Part shown: positions 55,857 to 64,000 of the stretch, piece by piece | How positions within the stretch are numbered: position 1 is the stretch's first letter | Layout of the letters: every line of letters begins with the position of its first letter | Assembly (NCBI GenBank): GCA_016935115.1 | Contig: JAFGRN010000004.1 | Location: 5,778-69,777, forward strand | Length of the DNA: 64,000 bases | Source: Candidatus Omnitrophota bacterium | GTDB lineage: Bacteria; Omnitrophota; Gorgyraeia; 2-01-FULL-45-10 | Direction of reading: 5' to 3' | The notes under the pieces: model-generated | What the model saw: the letters and a program-made list of their open reading frames with translations, nothing else | What the model was told of the DNA's origin: nothing | The model's database searches: none | Program-made: the position numbers and the translations under genes

Positions 55857-57602
55857 CTATCTGTTGGTCTTTACAAGGCCATCGTATTCGGCGACCAATC
55901 TCCTGACCTTTGTTTCATCTTTCTGGCCGTGGGCCACACGAATGGCCTCCTGGAGCATTTTAAGCCGGTCCTTCAGGTTATCCTTTTTTATCCTGGCAAT
56001 ACAGTCATCCAGCGCTTTCTGCTTATCATCCAGCATCTCGGCCATGCTCGCGGCCTCCGATATCAGGCTGGCCGCTTCGGAGCCTGATCCAAAATCATTC
56101 ACCAGGCGCGCGGCGCTGATGCCTTTGTTGTGCCCGCGCAGATTCAATACAGCGGCCACGATGTCACGCACTGTCGAATTTCTGATCTCTTCCGCAGGAA
56201 GCAGCCTCTTGACGATATCGACATAATCTCCGCCTTCCAGCATGAGCGATATGACCACCAGCTCAGCCCTGCCGGCGCCCTGCCTAGCTTCGGCCGGCTT
56301 GATGCTAACCTTGCGCTCGCTGAAGTCCGGCTTGACCTTCTTCAGCTCCGCTTTTACGGCGTCCTCGTCCACGGAGAGGCGTTTGGCAAGCTTCTTCATC
56401 ATCTCACTCCTGGCAACAGCATTGCCTATCTTTGAGATGGTGGGGAGCATTTCATTGACTATCCCGGCCTTGCCGTTCGTCGTGGCCGGATTATGCCTCT
56501 TCGACAGCTTATCGAACTTATAGTCGAATATGTTCTTGCTCGATTTTATCAGCCTGGTAAAATCGTCTGTACCGTGTTTCCTGATGTAACTGTCCGGGTC
56601 TAGGCCTTTCGGCAGTTCCGCGATGTATACATTGATGTCCTCGCTCACGAATATGTCAAGGCCGCGCAGGCTCGCGGATTCTCCGGCTTCGTCCGGATCG
56701 TAAACCATCACCACGGTCTTCGCGAACCTCTTCAGGAGCTTCGCCTGGTCCACTGTGAGCGCCGTGCCCAATGTGGCCACTATATTCTGCACGCCGGCCT
56801 GGTACGGGACCAGAAAATCGAGATAGCCCTCGACGATGAGCGCGTGGGCCTTGCCCTTTATCGCGTCGCGGCTGAAGTTCAATCCGTAGAGGTTCCTGCC
56901 TTTCGAGTATATCGGCGTCTCGGGCGAATTGATATACTTCGGCAGGCTCGAATCCATCACCCGGCCGCCGAAACCGAGGACCCTTCCCTTAAGGTCCATT
57001 ATCGGAAAAGTGATCCTTTTCCTGAAACGGTCATAATGTCCGCCCTTATCGTTCGGAATAGCCAGGCCCGCCTTCTCCGCGATGCCAGCGTCGAAGCCCT
57101 TCGCCTTCAGGTGGTTTATCAGCTCTTCCCACGCGTCGGGGGCGCAGCCGATCTTGAACTTCTTCACGGCTTCCTCGCCCACCCCGCGCATTGCGAGATA
57201 TTCCCGGGCGGTTTTGTTTCCCGCCAGATTCGCCTGAAAGAACTGCGCCGCTATTTCATTGGCCTTATAGAGCTTGTTATCGAGCTCGCTCGAGGCACCC
57301 CTGGATATCTCCCGCGGCAGGGTGATGCCGGCGTTTTCGGCAAGCATCTCCACGGCCTCCGGAAACTGGATGTTCTCCTGCTTCATCAGGAAAGAGAAGA
57401 CATTGCCGCCGGCGCCGCACCCGAAACAGTGATAGATCTGCTTGTCGGGGCTTACGATAAAGGACGGTGTCTTTTCATGATGGAACGGACAGGGAGCCTT
57501 AAAATTCCTTCCGACCTTCTTCAGCGGCACATACCTGGATATGACTTCAACTATGTCACTCCTGGACTGTACCTGTTCTATTACACTATCCGGAATCGCC
57601 AT
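55857..57602 (-). CDS. dnaG: DNA primase
   Basis: 581 aa with the zinc finger CPFHHEKTPSF...CFGCGAGG, the RNA polymerase core and TOPRIM (VEGYLD, DPDEAG). Confidence 0.95.
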   Translation of the reverse strand: MAIPDSVIEQVQSRSDIVEVISRYVPLKKVGRNFKAPCPFHHEKTPSFIVSPDKQIYHCFGCGAGGNVFSFLMKQENIQFPEAVEMLAENAGITLPREISRGASSELDNKLYKANEIAAQFFQANLAGNKTAREYLAMRGVGEEAVKKFKIGCAPDAWEELINHLKAKGFDAGIAEKAGLAIPNDKGGHYDRFRKRITFPIMDLKGRVLGFGGRVMDSSLPKYINSPETPIYSKGRNLYGLNFSRDAIKGKAHALIVEGYLDFLVPYQAGVQNIVATLGTALTVDQAKLLKRFAKTVVMVYDPDEAGESASLRGLDIFVSEDINVYIAELPKGLDPDSYIRKHGTDDFTRLIKSSKNIFDYKFDKLSKRHNPATTNGKAGIVNEMLPTISKIGNAVARSEMMKKLAKRLSVDEDAVKAELKKVKPDFSERKVSIKPAEARQGAGRAELVVISLMLEGGDYVDIVKRLLPAEEIRNSTVRDIVAAVLNLRGHNKGISAARLVNDFGSGSEAASLISEAASMAEMLDDKQKALDDCIARIKKDNLKDRLKMLQEAIRVAHGQKDETKVRRLVAEYDGLVKTNR

Positions 57603-58559
57603 TTACCTTTTAACCCGCACAAAGCCCGAGCATGGTATTATCTTCAGGTCTTTATCGATCTTCTGTAATTGGTCAAGCAGCAGGTTCAGGCCAATAGTGT
57701 CGCTGGCCATGTGCCCCGCTATTATCACGTTTATAAACTCGTCTTTTGCGTGCCTGAAGTGCTCCTCGCTCAGATGCATGCAGACTATGGTGCCTACGCC
57801 TGCCTGGGACAGGCGCGGGAATATCTTCTTCGGCCCTTCCGTGCCGCCCGTCATGTCCACAAATACCCTGCCCGCCTTTTTCTTCGGATCGCCGATAAGG
57901 ATCCTGGGGCCGGAACCTTTCTTCAGGCCGTCGGCATATTCCGGCACGGTCTTTAGTAATGCCACGACATCGGCTAATGTGGCCGGAGCTTTCCTGTCCA
58001 GCATCTTCTGCAGATATGTATTGACATGGTTATCGGCCGGCGTATGACAGCACATATAAGGGATATCGAGAAGCCTTGCTGTATCGACGCTCCGCAGGTG
58101 ATTGGCCGGCGCGACCGCCCTCTCGACCTCCTTCATCCTGTCTTTCAGCATGGCCTCACCCACGGATTTCGGGATACCAAACTTGGCAAGTGTCGCGATC
58201 TGCAGTTTCATCACATCGTAGAAATTTGCCCAGGCAGTGCCCTCCGGATGGTGAGCCATCACAAGGTCCACCGGACAGCCCTTTTCATTCAAACGGTCCG
58301 CAAGCAGTATTTCGGGCATCTCCATATCGATGCCGACCATGATGGTCTTTATATCCGCCTGAGGGTCGCCATACAGGATCCTCGTATCGGCATACGGATT
58401 GGAAAAACGCTCCTTGTCGAACGCGGCTTTATCCGGGCCTTTCAGCTTTCTGTATTCACCGCGCGCCTTATTGAACTCCTGCCTCATTTCCCGTGCGGTA
58501 CGCGGATCCTTCGACATGCCTCTCTTTATCGCATTGCGGTATATATCGATCAACTTCAT
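57603..58559 (-). CDS. NIF3-family (YbgI/GTP cyclohydrolase 1 type 2-like) dinuclear metal protein
   Basis: I start it at ATG 58559 (MKLIDIY), which has GGAGGA upstream. It contains AHHPEG, CCHTPADN and AGHMASD motifs. The 47-codon extension in the track lacks support. Confidence 0.8.
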   Translation of the reverse strand: MKLIDIYRNAIKRGMSKDPRTAREMRQEFNKARGEYRKLKGPDKAAFDKERFSNPYADTRILYGDPQADIKTIMVGIDMEMPEILLADRLNEKGCPVDLVMAHHPEGTAWANFYDVMKLQIATLAKFGIPKSVGEAMLKDRMKEVERAVAPANHLRSVDTARLLDIPYMCCHTPADNHVNTYLQKMLDRKAPATLADVVALLKTVPEYADGLKKGSGPRILIGDPKKKAGRVFVDMTGGTEGPKKIFPRLSQAGVGTIVCMHLSEEHFRHAKDEFINVIIAGHMASDTIGLNLLLDQLQKIDKDLKIIPCSGFVRVKR

Positions 58560-58594
58560 CTTAAATCCTCCGGTTATTTGATATGATTTCTTAA

Positions 58595-58647
58595 GAAAAA
58601 AGCGTCCCGAGAATGCCGGGTATTGATAACAAACGCATTCTTGGGAC
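58595..58647 (-). terminator. Rho-independent terminator after cvpA
   Basis: The minus strand reads GTCCCAAGAATGC-18 nt-GCATTCTCGGGAC (13-bp stem with one G-U pair) followed by GCTTTTTTCTT. Confidence 0.7.
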
Positions 58648-58666
58648 CTGAGCTTAAGGCCGTTGA

Positions 58667-59185
58667 TTACCCTTTTATCTTTATCACCGGCAGCATCCAC
58701 GATACGCGAGAATGTATTGCCGGCACGATCTTTAAGAAGAACGCTCCCGAAATGGATCTCTCTTTAATCGAATGTTTAAAATAAGGGACCGGCGAAAGCG
58801 AAAAGATGATGAGCAATATGCTGACCACTACCGACCCTCTCAAAACCCCCAATATCAATCCTCCGAACTTCTCAACAAAAGGATGCCAGGTTACCTGGGC
58901 TATTATATCTACCAGCATGCGAATGAGCTTAAAGACCAGCCCCACCCCCACTATAAGCAGCAAAAATGCCAGCAGGTCCAGGATCGATACCGGTACGCCC
59001 AACGTATCCCCTATGAGAGATGCAAGATCTTTATAATACTGAAGGCTTATAGCGGCTGTTAAGGAAGTCCCTATCAGCGGGAATATCTCGTGGCTCAGGC
59101 CATCCTGAAAAGCAACGTAAGTTATTCTTATCAATACAATTACAGCTAAAACATCTACCCAGTTTATTTTGCTTAATATATCCAT
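58667..59185 (-). CDS. cvpA: CvpA-family membrane protein
   Basis: 172 aa with 4 TM segments. The N-terminus NWVDVLAVIVLIRITYVAFQDGL is typical of CvpA. Confidence 0.85.
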   Translation of the reverse strand: MDILSKINWVDVLAVIVLIRITYVAFQDGLSHEIFPLIGTSLTAAISLQYYKDLASLIGDTLGVPVSILDLLAFLLLIVGVGLVFKLIRMLVDIIAQVTWHPFVEKFGGLILGVLRGSVVVSILLIIFSLSPVPYFKHSIKERSISGAFFLKIVPAIHSRVSWMLPVIKIKG

Positions 59186-59250
59186 ATTTTTATTAGTTGA
59201 TTAGAAATGGAAGTATATCATATGATTATGACTCTGTCAAGGTGGCGGGA

Positions 59251-59295
59251 ATAAAAAGAGGCTCCCGTAAAGATCACCTCCGCCTCAAGAGCCTC
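59251..59295 (-). terminator. Possible terminator of the two-gene cassette
   Basis: The minus strand reads GAGGCTC-24 nt-GAGCCTC followed by TTTTTAT. The stem is only 7 bp and the loop is large. Confidence 0.35.
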
Positions 59296-59312
59296 GTGTA
59301 AATTAACCCTGA

Positions 59313-59471
59313 TTATGCGTGATGCAGCCTGGTTTTCAGGTATTTCGACTCAAAAATCGACATAGCGCGGCTTATTTCTTCGCACAGCTTCTTTGCCTTC
59401 CTGAAATCCGATAATTTTGATTGCTTCCTGCCGTGTGAATAATGCCCCCTGCCTCTGCCAGTATGCGGCAT
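59313..59471 (-). CDS. Hypothetical 52-aa basic protein (below the ORF-track cutoff)
   Basis: My translation is MPHTGRGRGHYSHGRKQSKLSDFRKAKKLCEEISRAMSIFESKYLKTRLHHA. The ATG is preceded by AAGGAGGA at a 4-nt spacing, 26 nt downstream of the 122-aa ORF. Confidence 0.45.
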   Translation of the reverse strand: MPHTGRGRGHYSHGRKQSKLSDFRKAKKLCEEISRAMSIFESKYLKTRLHHA

Positions 59472-59497
59472 AGATCCTCCTTCTTATCCCCCGTCTT

Positions 59498-59866
59498 TTA
59501 AGTCAACGCATGTTTCGTAAAACGGACTTTGAATGAATGCAGAAAGGCAATTGTAAATACGACGTTATTTATGACGGCATAGAAATTGCCGAGTATCTTG
59601 CAGATAAGCTTGTCCTCGCCTGTCTGGTCGCTATGTTGTTTGAAGATGAAAAACTGCCGCTTGTTGATGGAGCCCGCCTCGGTCTGCGCGGCCACCCACG
59701 TCTGCAGGTCCTGCGGCTTGTCAAGGTGCTCGATGCTCTTTATGAAGTAAAAGCATCTCCTCTCGGTCTTCGCTATAACTCCGTCTTTTTCGAAGACCTC
59801 CTGCAGGAAGACGTCTTTTTTCCTGGAATTATTTGATATCAGGTTCTTATAGAGCACTTCTCTCAT
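59498..59866 (-). CDS. Hypothetical 122-aa protein
   Basis: I start it at ATG 59866 (MREVLYKNLISNNSRKKDVF...), which has GGGGGTG upstream. I recognise no family, and there is no TM segment or signal peptide. Confidence 0.6.
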   Translation of the reverse strand: MREVLYKNLISNNSRKKDVFLQEVFEKDGVIAKTERRCFYFIKSIEHLDKPQDLQTWVAAQTEAGSINKRQFFIFKQHSDQTGEDKLICKILGNFYAVINNVVFTIAFLHSFKVRFTKHALT

Positions 59867-59935
59867 AAGCACCCCCGCGGGAAACTTTTTAAAAACTTTT
59901 AATTGATACCCAAAAAAAATACTCTCTTCCCGCAC

Positions 59936-59970
59936 ATCTTAAGTATACATGATGAATTGTCAAGCGTCAA
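59936..59970 (-). promoter_or_regulatory. Overlapping sigma-70 promoters for the 122-aa/52-aa cassette
   Basis: The minus strand reads TTGACG-17 nt-TATACT, overlapping TTGACA-16 nt-TAAGAT, about 65-75 nt upstream of ATG 59866. Confidence 0.5.
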
Positions 59971-60024
59971 GGCCAGAAAACTAACTTTTATAGTATTTAA
60001 CAACCACTGCTACAAAGTAAAATC

Positions 60025-60651
60025 TTATTTCTTGAATATATGGGTTTTGGACTCCTCTCCCCTCACAAGCCGACGGATGTTGTCCCTGTGCTTATAGATG
60101 GAGAGGCTGCAGATGGCTACGCTAAAGAGGATCGTGTAGAACGGATACTTCAGGACACAGGCTATCGGAGGGAATAAAAGTAGGGCCATGATCGAGGCGA
60201 GTGAAACGTAATTAGTTATATAAAATACTATGAACCATATTATGGCGGCGGGTATAAGCGCAAAGGGCGTTAACCCTACCGCCACTCCGAGCGTTGTGGC
60301 CACCCCCTTGCCTCCCTTGAATTTGAGGAACACGCTCCAGACATGGCCACAGACAACCGCCAGCCCCATAAGGCCCCTGTAAAAATCGTGCTGCAGGTCA
60401 ATTCCAAACGGGTAAAAATAGTCGGCAACGAACGTCACGACGATCAGGCCTTTTAGGAGATCAAGAACGAGGGTAATGAGCGCGGGTAATTTCCCGACGC
60501 TTCTTAAGACATTGGTAGCGCCGGCATTTCCCGAGCCTACCTGGCGGATATCTATGCCCTTAAGCCTTCTGGCAAGGATAAAACTGGTCGGGATAGACCC
60601 TATGAGATATGCAAGTATAAGCGATCCCGCCAGCGCCAGTATCGGCCCCAT
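60025..60651 (-). CDS. plsY: Glycerol-3-phosphate acyltransferase PlsY
   Basis: 208 aa with GSGNAGATN and FKGGKG motifs. Confidence 0.93.
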   Translation of the reverse strand: MGPILALAGSLILAYLIGSIPTSFILARRLKGIDIRQVGSGNAGATNVLRSVGKLPALITLVLDLLKGLIVVTFVADYFYPFGIDLQHDFYRGLMGLAVVCGHVWSVFLKFKGGKGVATTLGVAVGLTPFALIPAAIIWFIVFYITNYVSLASIMALLLFPPIACVLKYPFYTILFSVAICSLSIYKHRDNIRRLVRGEESKTHIFKK

Positions 60652-60658
60652 ATATTAC

Positions 60659-61216
60659 CTATGCTTTCTTAAAATTGTTATTCTCGCTTAGGAGCTTACT
60701 GCCCTTTATGACATAGTCGAATCCTGAAACCATAGTCAGCGCTATAGTGATATTCCATATGATATAAGAGTGATGGAACCTCAGTAGTATGCACAGGATC
60801 GTCATCATCTGGAAGAACGTGGTAATCTTTCCTATGATACTGGGCGCGATTTTTATGTCTCCTCTGACCACATAGACAATGGCAGACCCCACTACTATGA
60901 TGACGTCCCTCGATATCACTATGATAGGCACATACGCCGGCATCCGAAGGTGCTCTGGCACGGTGCCGACTATCGAAAGGCATATATAGGCGCTCGTAAG
61001 AAGGAGCTTGTCCGCCACAGGGTCCAGGATCGTGCCGAGCTGCGTCTGCTGTCTCAGAGCACGCGCTATAAAGCCATCTATCCCATCGGATACAACGGCT
61101 ACGGCAAATACAACAAACGCTATATCGAGCCTCGAATATACCACCGCCATGATAAAGAACGGTATCAGTATGATACGCAGGACCGATATCTTGTTTGCCA
61201 GTGTTACTTTTCCCAT
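60659..61216 (-). CDS. pgsA: CDP-diacylglycerol--glycerol-3-phosphate 3-phosphatidyltransferase
   Basis: 185 aa with the CDP-alcohol phosphatidyltransferase motif DGIDGFIAR...G..LDPVADK. Confidence 0.9.
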   Translation of the reverse strand: MGKVTLANKISVLRIILIPFFIMAVVYSRLDIAFVVFAVAVVSDGIDGFIARALRQQTQLGTILDPVADKLLLTSAYICLSIVGTVPEHLRMPAYVPIIVISRDVIIVVGSAIVYVVRGDIKIAPSIIGKITTFFQMMTILCILLRFHHSYIIWNITIALTMVSGFDYVIKGSKLLSENNNFKKA

Positions 61217-61221
61217 ATCCC

Positions 61222-61827
61222 CTACTTTACCACTCTTATCCTGTTCAGTGGCCAGTATATAACCATCGCCTTCCCTATCAGGTTCTTCTTTGGCACATAA
61301 CCCCAGTAACGCGAGTCACGCGAATTGACACTGTTGTCGCCAAGCGTGAAGTACGAATCCGGCGGCACCACCACTACCTTATTCTCGGCCCCGTAGTCAC
61401 CGGCATTATTGTAAAAGTTGCCTTTTATCACCGGATCCTGGATCGCGTGGCCGTTCACGAGTATCCGCCCCTCCCTGATCTCCACCTTCTCCCCGCCGAA
61501 TGCTATGAGGCGCTTCACAAAATCCTTCTTCGGGTCCTCCGGCGATACGAAGACTATGATATCGCCGCGCTTAGGCTGTTTTATATCCAGTATGGGAAAC
61601 CTCCAGTTCACGAAAGGCACGCGGGCGCTGTAAAGGAACTTATTGACAAATATCCTGTCTCCAACCTGGAATGTCGGGATCATCGAACCCGACGGTATCT
61701 TGAATGCCTGCAGAATAAAAGTCTGGATAAATATAGCTATTGCCAGCGCTACAAGTATCGACTCTGCCCACTCCCTTAACTGCGACTTTACCTTAACATC
61801 AAACTCCTCTTTATGCGATTTTGTCAT
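61222..61827 (-). CDS. lepB: Signal peptidase I
   Basis: 201 aa with the catalytic Ser box PSGSMIPT, the Lys box and GDNSVNSRDSRYWG. Confidence 0.93.
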   Translation of the reverse strand: MTKSHKEEFDVKVKSQLREWAESILVALAIAIFIQTFILQAFKIPSGSMIPTFQVGDRIFVNKFLYSARVPFVNWRFPILDIKQPKRGDIIVFVSPEDPKKDFVKRLIAFGGEKVEIREGRILVNGHAIQDPVIKGNFYNNAGDYGAENKVVVVPPDSYFTLGDNSVNSRDSRYWGYVPKKNLIGKAMVIYWPLNRIRVVK

Positions 61828-61835
61828 AGTCTTCC

Positions 61836-63632
61836 CTATTGTGCTTTAAGAGCCGCGAAGAACGCCTCCTGCGGTATCTCGACCTTCCCAAACTGCTTCA
61901 TCTTCTTCTTCCCGGCTTTCTGTTTCTCCCAGAGCTTCCTCTTTCTCGTTATATCGCCGCCATAACACTTCGCCGTTACGTTCTTACCGACGGACTTTAT
62001 CGTTTCGCGCGCTATGATCGTCCCGCCTATGGCGGCCTGCAGTATGACCTGGAAGAGATGGCGCGGGATCGTCTCCTTCAGCTTCTCGATAATAGCCTTT
62101 CCTTTAGCGTATGCCCTGTCCTTGAAGACTATCGAGGAGAAGGCATCATAGACCTCTCCGTTTATCAGTATGTCCAGTTTTACTATGTTCGTGGGACGAT
62201 AATCCAGAAATTCATAATCAAGCGATCCGTAGCCTTTTGTGACCGACTTTATCCTGTCGTAAAAATCGACTATCACTTCGGAGAGCGGGATATCGTAAAC
62301 TATCCTCACGCGTGTCTCGTCAAGGTATTCCGTTGAAACATAAGAACCCCTGCGCGATTCGGAAAGTTCCAGTATCGTGCCTATCGACTCCTTGGGCGCT
62401 ATTATGTAAGCGCGCACATAGGGCTCTTCTGTCTCCTCTATCTCCGCGCTGCCCGGAAGCTTCACGGGATTATCCACTGAGACCACATCCCCGTCCTTCT
62501 TCAATATCCTGTAGACGACGCTCGGCGTGGTAATGACAAGGTTAAGGTCAAATTCCCGCTCAAGCCTCTCTTCCACTATCTCCATATGGAGAAGCCCCAG
62601 GAATCCGCACCTGAAACCCATGCCGAGGGAAGCGGACTTCTCCGGTTCGAAGATAAATGCGGCATCCGAGAGCCTAAGTTTTTCTATGGCATTCTTTAGC
62701 GCGGGGAAATCGGCGCTGTTGGCCGGATAGATACCGCTGAATACCATCGGATGGACCTTCTTGTATCCGGCAAGGGGCGAAGCCGCCGGATTATCGGAAT
62801 CCGTTACCGTATCTCCAACGGATACCTCTCTGGCTTCGCGTATATTGCAGGCTATATAACCCACCTCTCCGCACGAAAGCCTGTCAATCTGCGCCGGGCG
62901 GGGATTGAATATGCCCACCTCCATCACTTCATACATGGCGCCGCTCGACATCATCTTTACCTTCTGGCCTTTATGGATGACACCGTTCATCACCCTTATA
63001 AGCACTATCACACCTTTATATGTATCGAACCTGGAATCGAATACGAGCGCCTGCAGGGCATTAGCCGCCTCTCCGCTGGGCGGCGGCACTTTCCTGACCA
63101 CAGCCTCGAGTATATCTTCGGTCCCCTTGCCGAGCTTGGCGCTTGCAAGCACTATATCGGACTTGTCTAGTCCGAGTATATGCGATATCTCGTGTTTCAC
63201 ATTATCTATCTGGGCGCTGGGCAGGTCTATCTTATTTATGACCGGGATGATTACGAGGTTATGCTCCATGGCAAGATACAGGTTGGCCACAGTCTGTGCC
63301 TCGACCCCCTGGGAAGCATCCACCACGAGAAGCGCGCCTTCGCAGGCGCCGATCGACTTCGATACCTCATAGGTAAAATCGACATGGCCGGGCGTATCGA
63401 TCAGGTTCAGTTCGTAAGTCCTGCCGTCCCTGGCAGTGTAATTGATCCTGACGGCGCTGGCCTTTATCGTAATGCCGCGTTCCCTCTCAAGGTCCATGTC
63501 GTCGAGGAGCTGGTCGTGAAACTCCCTTTCGCTTATCGCGCCCGTGAATTGCAGTATACGGTCGGCAAGCGTAGACTTGCCGTGATCGATATGGGCTATG
63601 ATAGAGAAATTACGGATTAATGATTTGTCCAT
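61836..63632 (-). CDS. lepA: Translation elongation factor 4 (LepA)
   Basis: 598 aa with the GTPase motifs AHIDHGKST and DTPGH, plus the LepA-specific C-terminal domain. Confidence 0.96.
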   Translation of the reverse strand: MDKSLIRNFSIIAHIDHGKSTLADRILQFTGAISEREFHDQLLDDMDLERERGITIKASAVRINYTARDGRTYELNLIDTPGHVDFTYEVSKSIGACEGALLVVDASQGVEAQTVANLYLAMEHNLVIIPVINKIDLPSAQIDNVKHEISHILGLDKSDIVLASAKLGKGTEDILEAVVRKVPPPSGEAANALQALVFDSRFDTYKGVIVLIRVMNGVIHKGQKVKMMSSGAMYEVMEVGIFNPRPAQIDRLSCGEVGYIACNIREAREVSVGDTVTDSDNPAASPLAGYKKVHPMVFSGIYPANSADFPALKNAIEKLRLSDAAFIFEPEKSASLGMGFRCGFLGLLHMEIVEERLEREFDLNLVITTPSVVYRILKKDGDVVSVDNPVKLPGSAEIEETEEPYVRAYIIAPKESIGTILELSESRRGSYVSTEYLDETRVRIVYDIPLSEVIVDFYDRIKSVTKGYGSLDYEFLDYRPTNIVKLDILINGEVYDAFSSIVFKDRAYAKGKAIIEKLKETIPRHLFQVILQAAIGGTIIARETIKSVGKNVTAKCYGGDITRKRKLWEKQKAGKKKMKQFGKVEIPQEAFFAALKAQ

Positions 63633-63633
63633 G

Positions 63634-64000
63634 CTATACGCTGAACGCTATCTCCTTGCCTCTCTGCAGTATCCCAAGCGCCTTCTTCTCCGTCGGCGCT
63701 TCGGCATATATCCTGAGGATGGGCTCCGTCCCCGAGAGCCTCAGCATGAGCCATGACATGTCGTCGCAGATAAATTTATACCCATCCGTCTTCTTCACCT
63801 CGACCACCTTCCTGCCGAGCACCTCTTTCGGAGGATCCGCATCGAGCATGGCCATAAGAGCGGGTTTCTTTTCATCGGGATATTTGAGGTCGAGCCTCTT
63901 GTACTCATAGGTACCGTATTCTTTGTCGATCGCCTTCAATATATCCAGTATCTTCTTCTTCCTCATAGCCATCATCTCCAGGATAAGCAGGCCCGACAGG
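63634..64000 (-). CDS. Phosphoglucomutase/phosphomannomutase-family protein, C-terminal part (gene starts beyond the right edge)
   Basis: Contains the C-terminal domain motif [15 protein letters not shown]. The frame stays open upstream of the track's Met to position 64000 (...[14 protein letters not shown]). Confidence 0.85.
   Translation of the reverse strand, partial: LSGLLILEMMAMRKKKILDILKAIDKEYGTYEYKRLDLKYPDEKKPALMAMLDADPPKEVLGRKVVEVKKTDGYKFICDDMSWLMLRLSGTEPILRIYAEAPTEKKALGILQRGKEIAFSV

Overview
This is a bacterial chromosomal window with about 70 protein genes, nearly all on the minus strand and tightly packed. Most of it is conserved housekeeping. From left to right: recJ (partial), a CDF transporter, and an E. 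coli-like queA-tgt-yajC-secDF block. Next come the elongasome operon mreBCD-mrdA-rodA and the run aroA, rluD-lgt-lspA-(dksA-like)-ileS-mtnP-yggT-proC-yggS, then glgB. After an accessory block there is a complete dcw cluster: mraZ-rsmH-ftsL-ftsI-murE-murF-mraY-murD-ftsW-murG-murC/murB(fused)-ddl-ftsQ-ftsA. The right end carries RNase P RNA, rnhA, a COG1579-type zinc-ribbon gene, two tRNAs, rpoD-dnaG-NIF3, cvpA, plsY-pgsA-lepB-lepA and a partial phosphoglucomutase-family gene. The only accessory-looking stretch is about 24.1-35.7 kb. It holds small envelope proteins, two paralogous alpha/beta hydrolases, an acyl-CoA ligase, a GT2-PilZ-lipoprotein-radical SAM operon, a CxxC-x17-CxxC mini-protein, an ArfB-like GGQ protein and an ECF sigma / anti-sigma / Spy-like module. 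I found no transposase, integrase, CRISPR array, rRNA or recognisable defence system. The items most worth a second look are: (1) a roughly 720-bp gene-free island (21.48-22.18 kb) made of nested long imperfect palindromes; (2) short repeat families shared between two intergenic spacers; (3) a dcw cluster that ends at a shortened FtsA with a hydrolase where ftsZ normally sits; (4) a MurC-MurB fusion; (5) a tightly wedged 62-codon ORF between mraZ and rsmH; (6) an autonomous two-gene cassette of unknown function at 59.3-59.97 kb. All calls rest on reading the sequence and ORF translations by eye. No database search was run.
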